From: a virus
Taxonomy: Duplodnaviria; Caudoviricetes
Reading direction: 5' to 3' (one strand)
DNA length: 28,353 bases
IMG/VR virus record: IMGVR_UViG_3300031228_000024
Location: 1 to 28,353 of that record
The notes beneath the pieces were generated by a model. The model ran no database searches, had not been told where the DNA came from, and was given only the letters and a program-made list of their open reading frames with translations. Positions within the stretch are counted from its first letter, which is position 1. Each line of letters begins with the position of its first letter. Position numbers and translations under genes: made by a program. Positions 6,479-16,122 of the stretch are shown here, piece by piece.

Positions 6479-8474
6479 GGTCGACGGCGATCGTCTGACT
6501 CGTGCCTGTGGCGCCCGTGTCGACGCCGAGCTTGACCACAGCGGCGGCAGCGTTCTTCACGGCCAGCCCGGATCGCGTGAAGTGCCATTCGGCAGTATCT
6601 GTGGTGAGGCCGGTTAGTGCGGTCGAGGCGAAGTTGTCGTCCTCACCGGCCGCCACCCCAATCCCAACAGTCGGCGCGACCGTGATGGCCGTCGCTGCCG
6701 TGCAGCGGATGACGGCGCGGGTGATGACAGCCGTCTTCCCCGACGGCACCGTGTAGAGGGTCGTGGCCGCGACCGTCTTGGCGTTGATGCCCGTGACGGT
6801 CGCCAGGCGGCGCTCGGCGGGGGCATGGTTGACCCGGAACCAGTTGGTGCCGTCGCTCTTGAACAGCGCGCCCTCCCGCTGCACCAGGGAGGCCGACGTG
6901 TCGCCATCCAGGGTCGCGGTCCCAGCGGATACCACGCTCGCGGCTGCGGCTCCGATGTTGTAGATGGTGAACTCGCGGCCGATCGGCATGTCTCCGCTGA
7001 ACAGCAACGCGGTGGGGTCAGGGAGGGTGATAGTGCGCGGGATGGCCGAGTTGACGAGGATGGTGCCGTGACTCGGGTCGAGGGTCAGGTTGGTGGCCGT
7101 CGTGGTGACCGCGTTGGCGAATCCGCCGCCGTGCTTACGGATGGTTCCCGCATTGTTGGGGATCACGGCCACCCCGTAGACACCAGCGTTGACGATCTTC
7201 CCGACGTCGTGGCCGCTGTACCCGGCGTCGATGGACAGGTGGCCCTTGCCGCTGGCGAACACGGCGACACCGGCAGAACCGGACTGGTCGAACTTGATCG
7301 CCCGCGAGAACGATCCCGTGGTCTTGGAGAACTTGAACAGATGGTCGGTGTAGGTGTTCCCGGCAGCGTCGTGGTCGACGACCTGCTCGAGCGTCGGGAT
7401 GCTCGCGGAGTACATGTGGATCATGCCGCCGAGGTTCTGCTCACCGATAACCCGCTTGAATGACCACTTGGTGAAGTACGTGGACGCTGCGGTGACCTCG
7501 GCCCGGAAGAACGGCGTCGTGTTCGCCAGGTGGGAGTGCCACAGGCCGCCGTCGAAGTCGACGGTGTTCATCCCGGCGGCACTCGCACAGACGAGATCGA
7601 TCGCCGGGACAGTAGCTGTCGCCAGGCGCTCCATGTGGACGTTGGCGAACTTGGTGCCGAAAAAGTTGGGGGTGCCTACCGAGAGCATGTAGAGGATCGA
7701 CTTGCCTGCGTCGTTGGTGAACAGGGCGCAGTCGCGGAACTTGCCGTACACGAACCCGCCGCCGCCGCTCATCTTGATGAGGTGGTCGCCGCCAGCCGCG
7801 TTCTCCATGAGAGCGTTCTCGAGGCTGAACCGCTCAATCCAGGTGGTCAGGTTCAGCGCCGGAACCGTGAGCCACTTCAGGCGGGTAGTCCAGCCGGTGC
7901 CTCTGATACCGAGGTCGTTGCGAATGGGCCAGGTCGTGTCGAACTGGTAGGTGCCCTCCTCCGGGAATGCGAGGAGGACGCCGGCCGTGTGGGCGGCGAA
8001 CAGTGCCGTCATCCCGGCGTCGTTCTGTGCGGCCGTGTTGGCGACCAGAACGCCGTACTTGCGCACGTTGACGGTGACCGGTGCGGAGAGCGCAATCGTG
8101 GCCGATAGCGCCGCGCGGGTCAGTGACGGAGTGGTGTCGTTGATCCAGCCCTCGAAGGCCGCGTCCGAGCCGCCCGGGGCGCCAGTGTCACCCTTGGCGA
8201 CGAGCAGCTCCCACGCGGCCGCCACGCCCGGCTCGTCACCGATCGCAGGGTTCGTGACTGAGCGCCACGCGGACCCGTTGTGCTCGACGAGCGCATCGAT
8301 CGGGTAGTCGGTGCCCACGTCCCAGGCGCCGTAGAGACCGACCGCCGCGCCGGGCACACCCGGCGTGCCCGGGTCGCCCTTCCGACCAGTCCGCAGCGCC
8401 GGCCGCATCGAAACGGCACGCCCTGCAGGCGTGGAGATCCGGTACTTCGCGCCCTTGAGTAGCGTCGCCTTCAT
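6459..8474 (-). CDS. tailspike/tail fibre with putative polysaccharide depolymerase domain
   Basis: Collagen-like GxY triplets; CBM-like AWDVGTDY..LVEHNGSAW; VNVRKYG..ND..LAFPEEGTY beta-helix entry; C-terminal TITLP..GREFTIYN..SDGTNWF; ATG 8474 after AGGAGG. Confidence 0.8.
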   Translation of the reverse strand: MKATLLKGAKYRISTPAGRAVSMRPALRTGRKGDPGTPGVPGAAVGLYGAWDVGTDYPIDALVEHNGSAWRSVTNPAIGDEPGVAAAWELLVAKGDTGAPGGSDAAFEGWINDTTPSLTRAALSATIALSAPVTVNVRKYGVLVANTAAQNDAGMTALFAAHTAGVLLAFPEEGTYQFDTTWPIRNDLGIRGTGWTTRLKWLTVPALNLTTWIERFSLENALMENAAGGDHLIKMSGGGGFVYGKFRDCALFTNDAGKSILYMLSVGTPNFFGTKFANVHMERLATATVPAIDLVCASAAGMNTVDFDGGLWHSHLANTTPFFRAEVTAASTYFTKWSFKRVIGEQNLGGMIHMYSASIPTLEQVVDHDAAGNTYTDHLFKFSKTTGSFSRAIKFDQSGSAGVAVFASGKGHLSIDAGYSGHDVGKIVNAGVYGVAVIPNNAGTIRKHGGGFANAVTTTATNLTLDPSHGTILVNSAIPRTITLPDPTALLFSGDMPIGREFTIYNIGAAAASVVSAGTATLDGDTSASLVQREGALFKSDGTNWFRVNHAPAERRLATVTGINAKTVAATTLYTVPSGKTAVITRAVIRCTAATAITVAPTVGIGVAAGEDDNFASTALTGLTTDTAEWHFTRSGLAVKNAAAAVVKLGVDTGATGTSQTIAVDLIGYLI

Positions 8475-8475
8475 C

Positions 8476-8868
8476 TCAGGCCTCCTGCCAGATCGTGAAC
8501 ACCGAGTTCGAGGGCATCCATAGCTGTGCGATGTCGTCGCCGTCGTCGAGGAAGCAGCCCCACACACACCGGCGACCAGAGGCCCCAGCCGACCCCGCGA
8601 GCCCTGCCGTGTCGGCTTCCTCGAGCCGCAACGTGAACCGGCCCAACGTCTGCCCGGTGATCACGAACGTGGCGACCAGGACCCCGCCGAGGGACTCCCA
8701 CACGTTGCACTCCCCGCCGATGCCGGTGAGGTCGATGGGGACGTGCGCCTGGTCTTCGATCTCTTCGAAGGGGTGTTCCCAGGTGGCGCCCTCTGTGCCA
8801 CCACCTTCGAGCCCGTCGTCCCACGCGGCGGGCTGGCACTGAGCCAGGATCGGAGCGAGTACGCCCAT
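8476..8868 (-). CDS. probable tail-fibre-associated structural protein (130 aa)
   Basis: AGGAGG RBS; PIDLTG motif and beta-rich composition; directly upstream of the tailspike. Confidence 0.65.
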   Translation of the reverse strand: MGVLAPILAQCQPAAWDDGLEGGGTEGATWEHPFEEIEDQAHVPIDLTGIGGECNVWESLGGVLVATFVITGQTLGRFTLRLEEADTAGLAGSAGASGRRCVWGCFLDDGDDIAQLWMPSNSVFTIWQEA

Positions 8869-8871
8869 TGG

Positions 8872-9114
8872 TCAGTCCTCCTTTTCGTTGTCTATCTCGG
8901 TCTGCACGATCTCGCCGCGGAGCTCGACGTCGCCGGCCGGGAGGCTGAGTCCAGCGAGGGTGAACCCGGCCGCGACCTCCGCGCCCCACAGCGTCAGCTC
9001 GAGGTCGCCGATCCAGTCCTTCGCGCGGGCGTAGATCACGACCGGGGTGCCGAGCACGTTGAGGACGTAGATCGCGGCGCGGGCCCACCTGGGCAGGTTG
9101 AGGGTGGTCGTCAT
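8872..9114 (-). CDS. probable holin (80 aa)
   Basis: Two hydrophobic segments and a charged C-terminus; ATGA-coupled to the endolysin. Confidence 0.7.
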   Translation of the reverse strand: MTTTLNLPRWARAAIYVLNVLGTPVVIYARAKDWIGDLELTLWGAEVAAGFTLAGLSLPAGDVELRGEIVQTEIDNEKED

Positions 9115-9749
9115 CGGCGGTTCTTCCTCTCTTCGTCGCGAGCGCGGGCGGAGATCAGTCGGCGTACGCCGCGGCGGATCTCGGCCATGCGGTTGCGGGT
9201 TGCGTCGCACGGGCAGTCCTTCGCCGCGAACAGGGAGTGCGGGACGTAGTCGAAGCCCTCGGTGATGGCTCCCTGCTCGACCATCGCGGCGAGCAGCTGC
9301 GCGATCGCGTTCTCAGCCCTGTACGACAGGCGGCTGTCGGGCATGCCGAGCACGGCGATCGCGCGCGCAACGAGGTTCTGGTCGTAGCTGTAGCCGTGCA
9401 CGCCCTTGTCGTTGACGGTGTGCGTGCCCTTCGCGTCGAGCGGCTGCCCGACCGCGACCATCCCGGTTTCCATGTCGACGACGAAGTTGTAGGAGATCCC
9501 GGACTTGAAGCGCTCGTATCCGATGCGCTCGACGGTGCGGACGTCGGCCTTGAAGTCGCCGGTGAGCGGTCCGTGGTCGAGCGTCACGGTGATGTGCTGG
9601 ACGACGGTGTCTGCTGGCTGCGTGGCGCGCTTCCAGATCCGGCGCCAGGCGTAGACCGCGGCGTAGCGCGAGCCCCACTGCTTGCGGCTCAGGATGGTGA
9701 CGCCGCGCTGCTGAGCTCGGCGTACGACGCGGGTGGTGATGGTGGCCAT
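9111..9749 (-). CDS. endolysin, N-acetylmuramoyl-L-alanine amidase (PGRP/Amidase_2-like)
   Basis: ILSRKQWG, VVQHIT, ISYNFVV, HT, PHS...KDCP motifs; ATG 9749 after AGGAGG. Confidence 0.88.
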   Translation of the reverse strand: MATITTRVVRRAQQRGVTILSRKQWGSRYAAVYAWRRIWKRATQPADTVVQHITVTLDHGPLTGDFKADVRTVERIGYERFKSGISYNFVVDMETGMVAVGQPLDAKGTHTVNDKGVHGYSYDQNLVARAIAVLGMPDSRLSYRAENAIAQLLAAMVEQGAITEGFDYVPHSLFAAKDCPCDATRNRMAEIRRGVRRLISARARDEERKNRR

Positions 9750-10192
9750 CAGGCCTCCTTGGTTGCTGGGTTGTCGGAGTCGGGTGGGTCGTCGCGGTCG
9801 GGTCCGTCGTGGAGACGGCCGATCCCTTCCCACATGGCGGTTGATTCGAGCTGGGTGGCGACGCGTTCGACGCGGGCGTTCTCGAGCTCGGTGATCCTGT
9901 GCTCGTGGGCGGCGAGCGTCTTCTGCTGGTCGGCGATCTGGGCGACTAGGCCCTCGAGCGTGTCGAGGCGGGTGGCAAGGCCGGGCTGGGCGTCGGCGAG
10001 CACTCGGCCGGTGGCTTTGGCGACGACTGCGGGGCGGCCGAGGATGGTTTCTCGGATGCCTTCCCGGGTGCGGATGCGGAGCTCGATGCGGGGTTGGATC
10101 CACCGAACCCATCCGACGATGACTCCGATCAGGGTTGCGCCGGTGAGCAACGCAGCGAGTAGCGCGTTGGTGCTGTCGAGGTTGACCTCCAT
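9749..10192 (-). CDS. membrane protein with coiled coil (lysis-cassette associated)
   Basis: N-terminal hydrophobic helix LLAALLTGATLIGVIVGWV; heptad region; TGATG coupling on both sides. Confidence 0.75.
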   Translation of the reverse strand: MEVNLDSTNALLAALLTGATLIGVIVGWVRWIQPRIELRIRTREGIRETILGRPAVVAKATGRVLADAQPGLATRLDTLEGLVAQIADQQKTLAAHEHRITELENARVERVATQLESTAMWEGIGRLHDGPDRDDPPDSDNPATKEA

Positions 10193-10635
10193 CACGGCTG
10201 GACGATCTGGACAGCGTTGATCTCGTCGTACGCAATGCCGACCTGCCGGGTCTCGAACTGCACCCACGCGCGGCCCACAGCCGGCCCGGCGACCCGGACC
10301 CACCGACGCCCGTCGACGTCGAGGACCACCGACCCGCGCTCGAGCGGCTCGGCGGGCTTCGGGGGCGGCAGTTGCGCGGCGGCGAGCTTGTCGCGGAGCG
10401 CGAGCAGCGTCGCGCCGCCAGTGTTGGTCAGGGCGGCCAGGTCAGCGGCCGTGACCTCGGCCGCGGTCAGGACCACGACGTCCGTGACGAGCTCGTCAGG
10501 GTGCCAGGTGAACGACTTCACGGGGGTCGCGCTCATCCACGCTGTCCCGGTGTCGCCGTCGCTGGTGGCCATGACTCGCACGCTGGGCCGGCCGCGGACG
10601 GTGGCGGTGGCGATGGTGCCGGGTGTCCCGATCAT
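10192..10635 (-). CDS. hypothetical protein
   Basis: ATG 10635 after GAGGAG (alternative start 10656); coupled downstream. Confidence 0.75.
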   Translation of the reverse strand: MIGTPGTIATATVRGRPSVRVMATSDGDTGTAWMSATPVKSFTWHPDELVTDVVVLTAAEVTAADLAALTNTGGATLLALRDKLAAAQLPPPKPAEPLERGSVVLDVDGRRWVRVAGPAVGRAWVQFETRQVGIAYDEINAVQIVQP

Positions 10636-10645
10636 CGACGGCTCC

Positions 10646-12235
10646 TCATGAGGCATCCGGGAGGACTTGCGGGATGGCGGCGATGCCGGGGACGGTGAAG
10701 CCGAGGGTGAGGATCCAGCGCTTCGGCGTGATCTCGTGGTGGATCGAGGTGATCCAGTAGTCCTCGTCGATCTCCTGCTCGGCGTTCTTCACGGTGACCG
10801 TGTCGTAGAGGTCGAGCAGCGCGATCGCGGTGCTGTTAATCCGATGCAGCGGAATCCGCACCGACAGCACCTGAAACACGGGGTCTTTGTTCAGGTCGAG
10901 GAACGTCTGTGCGAGCGCCTGCACGACTGGGGCTTCGTGGGCGTTGTGAGTGACCCTTACCGTCACCGGACGTTCGCCCCACGCCTGGACCGAGTCGGCA
11001 TCGACGTAGGGGCCGAACTCGTCCCCAGTGATCCGCTTGACGGTGACCTGGTTGAAGCAGGCGTCCATGTTGAAGCCGGTCACGAACTGGGAGTAGGCGC
11101 TTTCGTCGATGGTGGCCACCGGCGTGGTCGGCATGTTGGCGAGGGTGTTGACGATGCCGATGCCCTGGCGGTCGAACCACGCATACGCTGGCGCGTTGAG
11201 ATCGCGGGCCAGCACGACCTGGTCGATCGCCGTCATGTTCGGGTTGCTACTGCTCTCGCCCTCCATGCCGGGGCCAGTCGACGACAAACCGTTGATCTTC
11301 CACGGAACCTCGGCCTCAGAGAAGACCTCCCACAGTGGTTCGAGGGGGGGTGACCCCGTCGTGCTCTCGGTGACCCGGTTCTCGAGTCGTTTCGCGAGCA
11401 GGCGACCACTGTCGGCCGCCTCTAGCACCGTCAACGGCTGCGGGCGCGTCGACTCCTCCGGCCGCCGGTCTGTCAGCACGGACGAGACAAGGTGCTCCGA
11501 GCCGAGCCGGATCCGGTAGGCGTTGCCGGGCTTGACCTGCGCGTCACGGTCCGCGGGCAGCCTCGACGAATCGAGAACCCCGCCGACCGCGCCGAACTCC
11601 ATCGGACGCCGTGTGATCGACAGCGATGTGTGCGGACCCTTGATGTCGTCGTGCCACTCGCCGCGGTCGACGATGTCCAGCGCTTCCGCTTGTGTCGCGC
11701 CGATGCCGGCCTGCACGTTCCGGAAGATCAGATCTTGGCCCGGCGTGGCCGCGACGCCGGTGTTGGTGGAGTAGTGCCAGAACACGACACGTACTGACTT
11801 GACGGCCTGGATGCCGTTCGTCACCTGGACGGCGAAGGACGTCGCGGCGCCAGCGGTCAGGTAGCCGGACCGGCTCGTCATCTCGACAGCCCCGTTCAAC
11901 GCGAGGCCCTCGAAGCCGACGCGATAGAAGCCGTCGACGTAGGGCACTTCGTACTTCACGGCAACCCATTCGCCGGCAACTGCTTCGTAGCTGGTGGCCT
12001 TCGCTGCCCCGATGCCGCCGCTGCCATCACCCACGGTCGCGGTCGCGACGAACTTCGCCCCCGCGATCCCGTGGTCGCTCGGCTGGTCGTCGGTCGACGA
12101 CGCCGACAGATCCAGGTACTGCGAGCCTTCCCACCCTGAGGTGGTGCCGTTCTCGCCCGACGGGTTGCTGATCTCAGTCACGTTGCCCGTGTTCTGCGCG
12201 AACACGCCGATCGAGAGATCCTCGAGGAGCGTCAT
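10646..12235 (-). CDS. minor tail / tail-tip protein (529 aa)
   Basis: Directly after the tape measure; CBM-like ISNPSGE..GW N-terminus; DSVQAWG, LDLYDTVTV, ITSIHHEIT hub-like C-terminus. Confidence 0.8.
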   Translation of the reverse strand: MTLLEDLSIGVFAQNTGNVTEISNPSGENGTTSGWEGSQYLDLSASSTDDQPSDHGIAGAKFVATATVGDGSGGIGAAKATSYEAVAGEWVAVKYEVPYVDGFYRVGFEGLALNGAVEMTSRSGYLTAGAATSFAVQVTNGIQAVKSVRVVFWHYSTNTGVAATPGQDLIFRNVQAGIGATQAEALDIVDRGEWHDDIKGPHTSLSITRRPMEFGAVGGVLDSSRLPADRDAQVKPGNAYRIRLGSEHLVSSVLTDRRPEESTRPQPLTVLEAADSGRLLAKRLENRVTESTTGSPPLEPLWEVFSEAEVPWKINGLSSTGPGMEGESSSNPNMTAIDQVVLARDLNAPAYAWFDRQGIGIVNTLANMPTTPVATIDESAYSQFVTGFNMDACFNQVTVKRITGDEFGPYVDADSVQAWGERPVTVRVTHNAHEAPVVQALAQTFLDLNKDPVFQVLSVRIPLHRINSTAIALLDLYDTVTVKNAEQEIDEDYWITSIHHEITPKRWILTLGFTVPGIAAIPQVLPDAS

Positions 12236-15200
12236 CCGGTCGCCAGCTCCCGGCCGCCGGCCTTCTCGTACGCCTTGATCAGCGACACGACCTCGCCGCC
12301 GATCTCAGCCTTCGACGACCCGACCGGCGCGACGACCGTGATCCGGTACGTGTTCCCGCCAGCACCGCGGCCGCCGTTCACCGCCGGCAGCACCATCGCC
12401 CGAGCCGACAGCGACGGCGTCCCGAACCCCTTCACCAGCGCCTCAGCCGTCACCGACCCGAGGCTCTTAGCCCGCGTGTCCGCGAGCCCCAGCTCGAGGC
12501 CCCGCATCATGTCCACGCCGATCAACTCGGTCACCTTGGACGGCGACCTGATACCGAGCTCGTCCTTCAGGGCCCTGACCAACGTCCGGGCCAACTTCCG
12601 GGCCCACTTCTCGACGTTCGCCGACTGCGCTTCGAGCCCCTTTACGAGCCCCTGCGCCGACGCGATCCCAGCGTCGTACAGGCTCGCGGCGGAGTCCGTG
12701 CCGATCTTGGTCGAGATCGCGTCGATCTGAGCTTGAATCGTCGAGAACTCCCTGATAGCCGCAGGCCCGCCAGCAGAGATCGCCTCCGCGATCGCGAGCC
12801 CACCCTCGACACCGGCCTTCTCGATCTGCTGAACGAGGGACTCCGTCAGACCGCCCTTGCGCAACGAGGTCAGCAGACCGGAGAAAACCTGAGTGTTGGC
12901 AAGCCGCTGCCTGAGCCGCTCGAGGAGCGCCGGCGCATCGTTGAGGGCGCCCTCCTCGGTCGAGAGCAGCCCGGTCAGTGCCGAGTAGTTGCGGATCCCG
13001 TCCGCGACCGTCTGCGCGTACTCCCGGCGCTCGTTGATCAGGCCGCGCAGCGTTTCGCGTTCGCGGTCGATCCGCTCGTTGAGCCGGTCCTGTGCCTTGC
13101 CGGCCTCCCTGATCGCCCCGTAGCGGTCCTTCAGCGACTTCAGGATCTCCCGCTCGCGCGCCGCCTCGGCCTTCGAGTCCTTCAGCTTCACCGTGCGCTC
13201 GATGAGCGTCTGGATCCGGCTCAGCGCCTTCTCGACGCCGTCCGAGCCGCTGGTGAGACCACCGAGAATCGACTCGACCAGGTCGCGGCCTGCCTTGCTC
13301 GCGGCGGGCCTGGTGCGGTCCAGGCCGATCACGAGCCCGTCGCCCAGGTCCTTGCCGAGTCGCATCGTCTTCCGCGACGGCGAGTTTGACTCGGCCGCGG
13401 CGTGCCCGGCAGCGATCGCGCCAGCGACCGCACTGCGGGCCATGTTGGAGAGATTCGTGATAGCACCGGAGAACCCGCCCTCGAGCCCGGTCTTCATCGC
13501 AGCGCCGATCTCGCGTCCGCCCGATGAGGCGCTGCTCCGGCCGCGGCTGATGATGCCCGAGAGACCCGTGAGGAACGGCTGCCCGTTCGGCGCCTGCTCG
13601 CCCGCCGCCTTCAGGAACCGGCGCATCGCGGCCGCGCCCTCCTGCGACTGGTCCTCGCCGCGGCGAATGTCGCCACGGAAGAGCTCGATCCACTTCGACG
13701 ACGGCTTCGCGTTCCCGACCTCGCCGAGATTCCGGTTCGCACGGCGACCCGCGTCCTCGGTGTCCTTCAGGCTCGTGACCAGCCTGCGGACCTGCGAGTC
13801 AGTCATCTCAATGTTGTTCGCCCGGAAGATGGTTTGAACTTGCTTCGGGGTCAACTCGTACTGACGAATCAGGCTCTTGGCCTCGCGCAGCGTGACGTCG
13901 CCGCCGAGGGTGCGGATCTCGGTGAGGACCCTCTGCGGGATCCCCTTGTAGACGGTCGAGAGCCGCTCTGTCTCGAGTGCGTTCTGACGTGCCCGCCGGG
14001 CATTGCGTTCGAGGATGTCGCCCTCGTCGCGGAGCCTCGGCAGCAGTTGGAACAGAACACCCTCGAGCAGCCGGGCCTCCTCGGCCTGCGGCGCCCCGAA
14101 ACCGTGCAGCCCCTTGAGCCGCTGGTACTCCGCGAGTGCCGCCTGCTGCGCGCCCTGCAGCCTCCGGAGCGCGCCTTCCTGCCCCATCGTCGCCGAGATG
14201 ATGTCTCGCGTGGAGACGCCGTAGGAGGCCGCCTCCCGGATCAGCCCGGCACTGTTCTCGTCCGCCAGTAGCCGATCCTTCACCCGCTGCCGGGTGGCCG
14301 CCGACGCGGCGCCCGTGAGCTGGTTGAGGGTGTCGATGTACGCCTTGGTGTTGTCCTTGGCGGTGACCATCTCGACCGCGGATTCCGAGGTCGCGGAAGC
14401 CAAGCCATAGAGGGCGCCGGCGCCGGTGCCGATCGCCGCACCCCACGGGCCGCCTACGGAGAAGCCCAGCAGCGCGCCGGAGGCAGTCTTCCCTAGGAAG
14501 CCCAGCGACTGGTTAGAGGTCTGAGCAGCCGCCGACAACGCAAGGATGCCGCCGATGCCGGCCGCGCTCCGGGCGGCAGTCCCGAGCAGCTTGGTCCGCT
14601 GCTCCGCGTCCTTCAGCTTCGTGACGTAGCCACCCATCACCGTCGACCCGGCACCGATCGCACCCGTCAGCCGCGGCACGACCAGCGCGGCAAGCGCGGC
14701 CTGCGCGGCGAAGGTCTGCACCGGGCCCGGCAGATCGGCGAGCACCCCGGCGGCCCTGCCGACCAGATCGAACAGCGCCTCGAGCGGAGGCAGAACAGTG
14801 TCCTTCACGGTCCCGGCGAACCGGCCGATCTCGTCCTCGTTCTGCTCCACCCACTCCGCCGCATTCGCGAGCGCCGGCACGAGGCTGTTGCTCGCGAAGT
14901 TCGTCAACTCCGTCAGCACGGGCAGCAGCAGCTTGCCGACCTTGGCCTGCAGGTTCTCGACCTTCGCCGCGAGCCGCTGCTGCGCTCCCGCGTGCGTATC
15001 GCTCTCTCGCGCGAACTGGCCCTGAGACTTCGCGGTCTGCTCAAAGATCAGATCGAGCCGAGCCATCTGCTCGGCCTGCTTCAGCGCCGACCCGGTGAGC
15101 TTGTCCTGCCCCTTCGCGGCCAGCCGGGCAGAGACGTCGGTCGCCTTGATCGAGACGCCATACCGCTCGATCGGGTCGGTCTCCCCGCGGAGCGCCGACC

Positions 15201-15651
15201 CGAACGCCTCGACAGCCTCCCGGGTGGTCCCGCCGAAGGTCGCGGCGACGTCGGCCCCGCGCTTGTTCAGTTTGGTCGTGAGGTCGGTGACCTTCTCGAG
15301 GTCCATGCCGCTCGAGGCGAGCATCGCGCCGGTAGCGTTCGAGAGTTCGCGGTACTCGTTGGCCGACAGGCCGATTGCGTTGGCCGCCCGGTTGCTCTGC
15401 TTGATGACCGTGCCGGCGTACTTCTCGAACACCGTCTGGGTCGCGCCGATCGACTGCTGTGCGTTGGAGGCCGACCGGACGCTGTCGATGCCGAACTTCA
15501 CCGCGGCCGCCGCGGCAACGAGCAGGCCGCCGGCGGCCGCCCGCTTCGCGTTCCGACCCCACGAGGAAACGCGCGCCTGCGACCTGGCCAGGTCCGACTC
15601 GAGCTTGCGGAAATCAGAGCGACCGCGTACGACGATCTCAGGGTCTGCCAT
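12232..15651 (-). CDS. tape measure protein (1139 aa)
   Basis: Longest ORF, Ala/Gly-rich; GETDPIERYGV; two SPS[R/K] motifs; follows the tail chaperone; GAGGAG RBS. Confidence 0.93.
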   Translation of the reverse strand: MADPEIVVRGRSDFRKLESDLARSQARVSSWGRNAKRAAAGGLLVAAAAAVKFGIDSVRSASNAQQSIGATQTVFEKYAGTVIKQSNRAANAIGLSANEYRELSNATGAMLASSGMDLEKVTDLTTKLNKRGADVAATFGGTTREAVEAFGSALRGETDPIERYGVSIKATDVSARLAAKGQDKLTGSALKQAEQMARLDLIFEQTAKSQGQFARESDTHAGAQQRLAAKVENLQAKVGKLLLPVLTELTNFASNSLVPALANAAEWVEQNEDEIGRFAGTVKDTVLPPLEALFDLVGRAAGVLADLPGPVQTFAAQAALAALVVPRLTGAIGAGSTVMGGYVTKLKDAEQRTKLLGTAARSAAGIGGILALSAAAQTSNQSLGFLGKTASGALLGFSVGGPWGAAIGTGAGALYGLASATSESAVEMVTAKDNTKAYIDTLNQLTGAASAATRQRVKDRLLADENSAGLIREAASYGVSTRDIISATMGQEGALRRLQGAQQAALAEYQRLKGLHGFGAPQAEEARLLEGVLFQLLPRLRDEGDILERNARRARQNALETERLSTVYKGIPQRVLTEIRTLGGDVTLREAKSLIRQYELTPKQVQTIFRANNIEMTDSQVRRLVTSLKDTEDAGRRANRNLGEVGNAKPSSKWIELFRGDIRRGEDQSQEGAAAMRRFLKAAGEQAPNGQPFLTGLSGIISRGRSSASSGGREIGAAMKTGLEGGFSGAITNLSNMARSAVAGAIAAGHAAAESNSPSRKTMRLGKDLGDGLVIGLDRTRPAASKAGRDLVESILGGLTSGSDGVEKALSRIQTLIERTVKLKDSKAEAAREREILKSLKDRYGAIREAGKAQDRLNERIDRERETLRGLINERREYAQTVADGIRNYSALTGLLSTEEGALNDAPALLERLRQRLANTQVFSGLLTSLRKGGLTESLVQQIEKAGVEGGLAIAEAISAGGPAAIREFSTIQAQIDAISTKIGTDSAASLYDAGIASAQGLVKGLEAQSANVEKWARKLARTLVRALKDELGIRSPSKVTELIGVDMMRGLELGLADTRAKSLGSVTAEALVKGFGTPSLSARAMVLPAVNGGRGAGGNTYRITVVAPVGSSKAEIGGEVVSLIKAYEKAGGRELATG

Positions 15652-15674
15652 CGCTCCTCCTCTGGGCGTCTAGG

Positions 15675-15858
15675 TCATCCGATGCGCCGGTTGTGTTCCT
15701 CGGTGAAGGCACCGATCTCGAGCACCGTCATGGCGTCGTACTCACTCGGCTGGACGCCCGTCGCCAGGCAGAACGCCGCCTTCCGCTGCGCCTGCTGCAC
15801 CGGAAGACTCTCCCTCGTCGCCGCCGAGAGCAGGTCCGTCGTCAGGATCGGGAAACCC
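15675..15858 (-). CDS. gpT-like extension of the tail assembly chaperone, in the +1 frame
   Basis: Not in the ORF track; +1 frame reads GFPILTTDLL...QRKAAFCLATGVQPSEYDAMTVLEIGAFTEEHNRRIG*, with the stop at 15675-15677. Confidence 0.7.
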
Positions 15859-16107
15859 GTCCTCGTCGACCTCCCCCGCCTCTTCGTCGTCGGGGAACAG
15901 GTAGTCCATGACCTCGTGCGGCTTGACCGACTTCATGTAGGCGTCGTAGGTCAGGGTCGGCTCGTCTCGCTTGCGGTGCACCCACGCCAACGCGGCCCAC
16001 AGCCCGGACTTGGGCGCGTCCTTCTCGGTGAGCTTCTCGTACGGGGTGTCGCAGGCCTTCTCGGCCATGTTCAGCTCGAAGGCAGTCAGCTCGTCGATCT
16101 TGCTCAT
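15742..16107 (-). CDS. tail assembly chaperone (gpG-like)
   Basis: Position before the tape measure; acidic C-terminus; overlapping downstream frame. Confidence 0.85.
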   Translation of the reverse strand: MSKIDELTAFELNMAEKACDTPYEKLTEKDAPKSGLWAALAWVHRKRDEPTLTYDAYMKSVKPHEVMDYLFPDDEEAGEVDEDGFPDPDDGPALGGDEGESSGAAGAAEGGVLPGDGRPAE

Positions 16108-16122
16108 GTGGGTGCTTCTCTC

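Noticed and set aside
15849-15858. Canonical -1 slippery heptamer GGGTTTC
   Set aside because: It is not phased as X XXY YYZ in the gpG frame, and the downstream coding frame is +1.
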